DNA of 32,000 nt from Candidatus Arthromitus sp. SFB-rat-Yit (lineage in GTDB: Bacteria > Bacillota > Clostridia > Clostridiales > Clostridiaceae). The notes under the pieces were generated by a model. That model made no database searches. It was given only the letters and a program-made list of their open reading frames with translations, and was not told where the DNA came from. This document shows positions 28,110-32,000 of the stretch, piece by piece (within the stretch, counting starts at the first letter, position 1; the number at the start of each line of letters is the position of its first letter). The stretch is taken from NCBI RefSeq assembly GCF_000283555.1, contig NC_016012.1, positions 1,290,001 through 1,322,000 on the forward strand. The letters are read 5' to 3'. The position numbers and the translations under genes are program-made.

Positions 28110-29330
28110 ATCCATCTCTAAATTATTCATATCTTCTATAAGACTTAGCCCCGCACCATAATATTCATCACTTATATCTCCATTTTCATGCATAGCATCT
28201 AATACATCTTCTGTAATAGCACCACTTCTTATACCAAAATCAAGAAGTATTAAATCATCAGCACTTAAATATCCTTCAGTAACTAAATAATGTTTTTCTG
28301 CATCCTCTGTTGACATAAGCATATCATCGCTAACACCTACAACAACTTCTTCTTTGGTATTTGTTCCTGACTTAACTATTATTTCTTCATATAAAATATC
28401 ATCATCTTCGTCTTTTTCATTTATTTCAAGCCTTATAACATTTGACGTATCCTCAGAACCTAAATTTATAACTTGAGATTTTGAAGTATTCTTATTCAAT
28501 ACCTTAGTATTTTGATTATTTTTATTAGTCGATACATTTACCACAACTGATTCTTCTTTATTTTGTGTTTGTGTTTCCTCTTGTTTTGATTCCTCTACAA
28601 CAGTATTTATTTCTTCCTTAACATTAGTATTTTCATCTACAACAGTATTTATTTCTTCCTTAACATTAGTATTTTCATCTACAACATCATTAACTATTTC
28701 ATTTACAAGCTCATTATCTACTATATCTACTGTATCTTCAATTTCATCATATAATGATTCATCTAAATCTTCGCTTTCAGTTACTATATTTTCAATTTGT
28801 GTATCATCTTCTTCTGCAGCTCCAAATCCTCCAACATGTATTCCTTTAGGTGGAGAACTAGGCTTGTGTAAATTCCCTTTAGATCTCATAGATTGGGCAG
28901 ACTGAGCTTCTTGAAGAGAAGTATTATCAGCAATAGATATATTTATTACTTTAGATTCGTCTTCTTCTTCTTGAGCTGACAACCTCACATTGTGTTCAGA
29001 AGATGTCTCAAGTAATTGTCTCATTCTTTCTTCTTCTGCTCGTCTTTTTTCCTCTTCTGCTTGTCTCCTTGCCTCTTCCTCTGCTTGTTTTCTCGCATTT
29101 CTTTGAGCCACAGTATCTGCAACACCTTGCCCAATACCAGCTACAGTACCTACAACCGTAGAAATAACACCAAATAATACTCCTATTAAGGCCTCAGACT
29201 CTTTTGGTTTTTGGTTACCTATAGCAGCTGCACTAGTTATACTAGCAACAGTTGCAAGTAGCGCAGCTTTCTTTAAAATTCCTTTTCTCTTACTTTGTTC
29301 ATTATTCTTATTTACATTAGTAGTTCCCAT
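28104..29330 (-). CDS. Uncharacterised low-complexity protein A: hydrophobic segments, E/R-rich charged segment, acidic linker, conserved C-terminal domain
   Basis: 408 aa; KKAALLATVASITSAAAIG, EALIGVLFGVISTVVGTVAGIGQG, (A/E/R)-rich helix, C-terminal EGYLSADDLILLDFGIRSGAITEDVLDAMHENGDISDEYYGAGLSLIEDM. AAGGAGG ribosome-binding site. Confidence 0.75.
   Translation of the reverse strand: MGTTNVNKNNEQSKRKGILKKAALLATVASITSAAAIGNQKPKESEALIGVLFGVISTVVGTVAGIGQGVADTVAQRNARKQAEEEARRQAEEEKRRAEEERMRQLLETSSEHNVRLSAQEEEDESKVINISIADNTSLQEAQSAQSMRSKGNLHKPSSPPKGIHVGGFGAAEEDDTQIENIVTESEDLDESLYDEIEDTVDIVDNELVNEIVNDVVDENTNVKEEINTVVDENTNVKEEINTVVEESKQEETQTQNKEESVVVNVSTNKNNQNTKVLNKNTSKSQVINLGSEDTSNVIRLEINEKDEDDDILYEEIIVKSGTNTKEEVVVGVSDDMLMSTEDAEKHYLVTEGYLSADDLILLDFGIRSGAITEDVLDAMHENGDISDEYYGAGLSLIEDMNNLEMDN
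28597..28680 (-). repeat. Perfect 2 x 42-bp tandem repeat inside protein A's gene
   Basis: acaacagtatttatttcttccttaacattagtattttcatct occurs twice, at 28597-28638 and 28639-28680. It encodes (VDENTNVKEEINTV)n. Confidence 0.9.
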
Positions 29331-29366
29331 TTTTTCATCCTCCTTGAATATACAAATCCTTAAATA

Positions 29367-31499
29367 TTAAATTTTACCACTTGAATTAAATGTATCTAAC
29401 AACTGATTTATAACTTCTATTTGTTCACTTGTAAATGTTCCATCTTGTCCCATCTTTTCAACCATAGATTTATTAATTTTTGAAGATAAAATCAAGTTAA
29501 CTACAGCATCATATTCTCTTGCAGTAAATATTCCATCTGCAACACTTTTATGAGTTTCTGCTTTCTCTTTCGCTCTATTATATTCTTCTTTACTATATGC
29601 CTTATATCCATAGTTTTCACTCTGTGATATTACACTCTTACCACCAAACTTAGTATCGGTATACATACCACCATATCCACTAGCTGTAGCAACTCCAACT
29701 ACCTGAGCTATACTTCCTGATGGCACAAAGTTACCATCTTTATCAAAGTATCCTGATCCATCTTCTAAAACTAAATTACCATCTTTATCTATACTACCTA
29801 CGCCATTAATATCAATAGATCCATCTGGTTTAATAGCTCCACTTCCATCTGGCAAATGCAGAACACCATTTTGGTCAGTCCAGCTTCCATCTGGGTGAAT
29901 AACTATTCCTGTGAAAACGTTCAATTTACTTCCATCTGGGAGTATTATAACTCCATTTTCTGGATCATATTTACCACCTAGCTGAGCTGCTAATTTTTCA
30001 TATTCCTGAGTTTGCTGCTTTTTCGCAAGCTCCTCTTGTGCCTTTATTGCATCTTGTTGAAGTTTAACCTGCATTTCCATTGATTGTTGTCCTTGAATTA
30101 TACCTGCTATAGATGTACCTAGAAACGCAACTGTACTTAAAAGACCAACCGCTGTCATAACTTTATTAAACCTACCTCCGCTTGAACCACTTTGTTGAAT
30201 ATTGCCTGTATTACCAATTCTATTTGTATTTACAGATTCATTGCCTTGAGTTTTTAAGGAAGATGATTTAACTCCAGAAGTACTAGGTTTAACACTTCCA
30301 TTTTGTGATCCTGATGTAGTACTTCCCTGTCCTTTATTTCCAGTCGTTGTACCATTTGATGGTTTACCACCTGAATTTGTTTGAGTTATAACAGGTTGTT
30401 TTTGGGAAGAACCACTTGATCCACTTTGATTTGTGCTTAGACTAGGTTTATTTTGTGAAGTTCCTGTGTTTGGCTTTAATTGAGATGATCCAGATCCAGC
30501 ACTTCCTCCTGTTAATGGCTTATTTGATCCACTAGCTGTACTGTTTTCAAATTTACTAGTCAAATTAGATGTATTCCCTGGCTTCACTGGAACATCTGGT
30601 TTATTTTGTGAGCTTCCAGTTGTATTACTACTATTTGGCTTTAATTGAGATGATCCACTACTTGCCCCAGCTGATGGCTTATTTACTGCACCAGTTCCAT
30701 TATTTTCAAATTTACTAGTTAAATTCGCAGTATTCCCTGGTTTTACAGGAGCATCTACCTTATTTTGTGAATTTCCTCCAGTTGATGGTTTGTTTACTGA
30801 ACCAGTTCCACCATTTTCATACTTGTTAACCAAATTAGATGTATTCCCTGATGGTATACCTGTGCCATTTGTACCTGAAGTACTTGTATTCGGCTTACTT
30901 GGTGCTGTTACAGTATTTCCTGCATTTGGCTTACTTGGTGCTGTTACACTGCTTCCTGTATTTGGCTTAGTTGGTGCTGTTATACTGCTTCCTGCATTTG
31001 GTTTAGTTGGAGCTTTTATACCTCCTCCACTAGATGTTCCAGATGTTAATCCTTCAAATTTATTGATCAAACCACCTGTATTTCCTGGTTTTATACCTGT
31101 ACCAGTTGTACTTGAAGTTCCTGAAGTTGGTTTATTTGTTGAAGTTGTACCTCCTGGCTTAACTGTAGAACTTATACCTGTACCTCCAGGCTTAACTGAA
31201 CTTACACCTGTACTCGGCTTATATGAAGTATTCCCTAAACTTGTTGTTGGTTTAAATATACTTGTCCCTCCATTTACAGGGCGTTTAAATCCATTACTAC
31301 CTGTAAACGTATTAACTTTAACTGGATTAAACTTAACCGGAGCTTTCATCATAGCAGATGCCTTTTTTACAGTTCCTATATGCTGAGCTGCTATTCCCGT
31401 AACACCAACTAACGCTGTAGCCATAGCTACTCTATTTAAAAATTTCTTTCTTGATAAATCAGAATCATTATTATTCCGTTTATTATCATTTGAATTCAT
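29367..31499 (-). CDS. Uncharacterised low-complexity protein B: G/S/T/K/P/N repeats, hydrophobic segment, 'DG' repeats, conserved C-terminal domain
   Basis: 710 aa. N-terminal SRKKFLNRVAMATALVGVTGIAAQ, repeated KPNTGSS / KPGNTxNLxxKFEN, VGLLSTVAFLGTSIAGIIQG, HPDGSWTDQNGVLHLPDGSGAIKPDG...DGSGYFDKDGNFVPSGS, and C-terminal DGIFTAREYDAVVNLILSSKINKSMVEKMGQDGTFTSEQIEVINQLLDTF. Confidence 0.78.
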   Translation of the reverse strand: MNSNDNKRNNNDSDLSRKKFLNRVAMATALVGVTGIAAQHIGTVKKASAMMKAPVKFNPVKVNTFTGSNGFKRPVNGGTSIFKPTTSLGNTSYKPSTGVSSVKPGGTGISSTVKPGGTTSTNKPTSGTSSTTGTGIKPGNTGGLINKFEGLTSGTSSGGGIKAPTKPNAGSSITAPTKPNTGSSVTAPSKPNAGNTVTAPSKPNTSTSGTNGTGIPSGNTSNLVNKYENGGTGSVNKPSTGGNSQNKVDAPVKPGNTANLTSKFENNGTGAVNKPSAGASSGSSQLKPNSSNTTGSSQNKPDVPVKPGNTSNLTSKFENSTASGSNKPLTGGSAGSGSSQLKPNTGTSQNKPSLSTNQSGSSGSSQKQPVITQTNSGGKPSNGTTTGNKGQGSTTSGSQNGSVKPSTSGVKSSSLKTQGNESVNTNRIGNTGNIQQSGSSGGRFNKVMTAVGLLSTVAFLGTSIAGIIQGQQSMEMQVKLQQDAIKAQEELAKKQQTQEYEKLAAQLGGKYDPENGVIILPDGSKLNVFTGIVIHPDGSWTDQNGVLHLPDGSGAIKPDGSIDINGVGSIDKDGNLVLEDGSGYFDKDGNFVPSGSIAQVVGVATASGYGGMYTDTKFGGKSVISQSENYGYKAYSKEEYNRAKEKAETHKSVADGIFTAREYDAVVNLILSSKINKSMVEKMGQDGTFTSEQIEVINQLLDTFNSSGKI
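29712..29978 (-). repeat. Degenerate 'xPDGS / DKDGN' short repeats in protein B
   Basis: VIILPDGSKLN, VIHPDGSWTD, VLHLPDGSGAIK, PDGSIDINGVGSI, DKDGNLVLE, DGSGYFDKDGNFVPS. Confidence 0.8.
30450..31091 (-). repeat. Tandem degenerate repeats 'KPGNTxNLxxK(F/Y)EN...NKPxxG...' in protein B
   Basis: IKPGNTGGLINKFEG; IPSGNTSNLVNKYENGGTGSVNKPSTG; VKPGNTANLTSKFENNGTGAVNKPSAG; VKPGNTSNLTSKFENSTASGSNKPLTG. Confidence 0.85.
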
Positions 31500-31549
31500 A
31501 ATCCCTCTAACCCTCCTTGGACCTATAAAATAAGTATTATCTTATTTTG

Positions 31550-32000
31550 TTAAAAACTTCCATTAGTTTGAAAATACTGAAGCAGTTCAAGTGCAGCATT
31601 TGACTGCTCTAAACTTAAAAGATCATTTTCATACATGTACTCAATCATGAAGAAATTCATCCTACCACCTTCTATATTTTCCTTAATAGATTGAAGTTCT
31701 CTATGTGTAAAAATTCCCTCTTGAATAAATTTTTCGAACATGTCCTTATTTTTAAGAACCCTCGCTTCAGATATTCCTGTTTCAAATTTTGTTATATCAT
31801 TATTATCGTAATCTACATCTTCATAATACATAGAGTAAGTACTTCTTCTTGTATTATCTTCATTTTTCTCTATTACAACTGCATCCTCAAACCTTTCATC
31901 AACAAACTCATCTTCTTTAGAATCCCCTCCTCCATCTTCAGAAGGAGTAAAGTTTCCGTCCTTATCATAAACTCCTGAACCATCTGATGGATAAAAGTTT
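31550..32000 (-). CDS. Uncharacterised protein C, C-terminal part (N-terminus beyond the window edge), same C-terminal domain as A and B
   Basis: The listed 93-aa ORF starts at an internal Met. The frame is open to the edge: FYPSDGSGVYDKDGNFTPSEDGGGDSKEDEFVDERFEDAVVIEKNEDNTRRSTYSMYYEDVDYDNND...QEGIFTHRELQSIKENIEGGRMNFFMIEYMYENDLLSLEQSNAALELLQYFQTNGSF. Confidence 0.75.
   Translation of the reverse strand, partial: NFYPSDGSGVYDKDGNFTPSEDGGGDSKEDEFVDERFEDAVVIEKNEDNTRRSTYSMYYEDVDYDNNDITKFETGISEARVLKNKDMFEKFIQEGIFTHRELQSIKENIEGGRMNFFMIEYMYENDLLSLEQSNAALELLQYFQTNGSF

Noticed and set aside
29712-29978. RTX/Ca-binding nonapeptide or EF-hand/dockerin assignment for the DG-rich repeats
   Set aside because: Units such as LPDGS and DKDGN do not match the GGxGxDxUx nonapeptide or a full DxDxDG loop with correctly spaced ligands, so naming a known calcium-binding family is not justified.
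28597-31091. Possible CRISPR array, because direct repeats are dense here
   Set aside because: The repeats are in-frame, coding, variable in length and directly adjacent or degenerate. There are no constant ~24-36-nt repeats separated by unique equal-length spacers, and no cas genes.
30790-31386. 198-aa plus-strand ORF (Pro/Val/Leu rich: VPPFSYLLTKLDVFPDG...)
   Set aside because: It is exactly antisense to the G/S/T/K/P repeat region of protein B. The openness and composition are explained by the complement of low-complexity codons, and no ribosome-binding site or family signature supports it.
29367-31499. Protein B as a collagen-like or LPxTG-anchored adhesin
   Set aside because: There is no regular Gly-X-Y triplet periodicity and no LPxTG plus C-terminal hydrophobic/basic tail. 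The protein instead ends in a polar helical module.
1-32000. tRNA, rRNA, transposase, integrase, toxin-antitoxin or restriction modules
   Set aside because: None was recognisable on reading either strand or the ORF track; no claim is made. A tRNAscan-SE/Infernal run would be needed to exclude small RNA genes.
1-32000. Assigning the organism to segmented filamentous bacteria (Candidatus Arthromitus/Savagella) or a particular Clostridium species
   Set aside because: Low GC, sporulation, flagellar genes and compact spacing fit more than one clostridial lineage, and no diagnostic marker was identified. A 16S or core-gene phylogeny would be decisive.

Overview
This is a very AT-rich, low-GC Gram-positive chromosomal window with endospore and flagellar genes, probably from Clostridia. 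I did not assign a species. Positions 1 to about 26,350 are mostly recognisable chromosomal genes. On the minus strand these are ispE (partial), cphA, cphB, a SipL-like DUF3794/LysM protein, veg, yabG, fabI and a CotS-like kinase-fold protein. A plus-strand GT4 glycosyltransferase follows. Then, on the minus strand, come trxB, degV, trmL, vanW/G5, ddl, nth, plsC-like, queG, and a PRC-barrel/MgtE_N/CBS protein. Plus-strand DUF421, DUF4363-like and fba follow. The remaining minus-strand genes are a ThiT-like transporter behind a TPP riboswitch, fliF followed by fliE, and feoA-feoB. The accessory-looking part is about 26,590-32,000. It contains one secreted N/S/T-rich protein on the plus strand. 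Convergent to it is a tight three-gene minus-strand cluster of low-complexity proteins. All three of these end in what looks like the same roughly 60-residue C-terminal domain, an internally duplicated '[ED]-G-x-[FLI]-[TS]-x-x-[EDQ]' motif with 31-residue spacing. Two share a hydrophobic/charged module and two share a 'DGSG-x-x-DKDGNF-x-PS' motif. This cluster is the best candidate for something undescribed. A second pattern is that at least seven stop codons lie inside the stems of intrinsic terminators. I saw no rRNA, tRNA, CRISPR array, transposase or phage genes. All calls come from reading the sequence and motifs; no database search was run.
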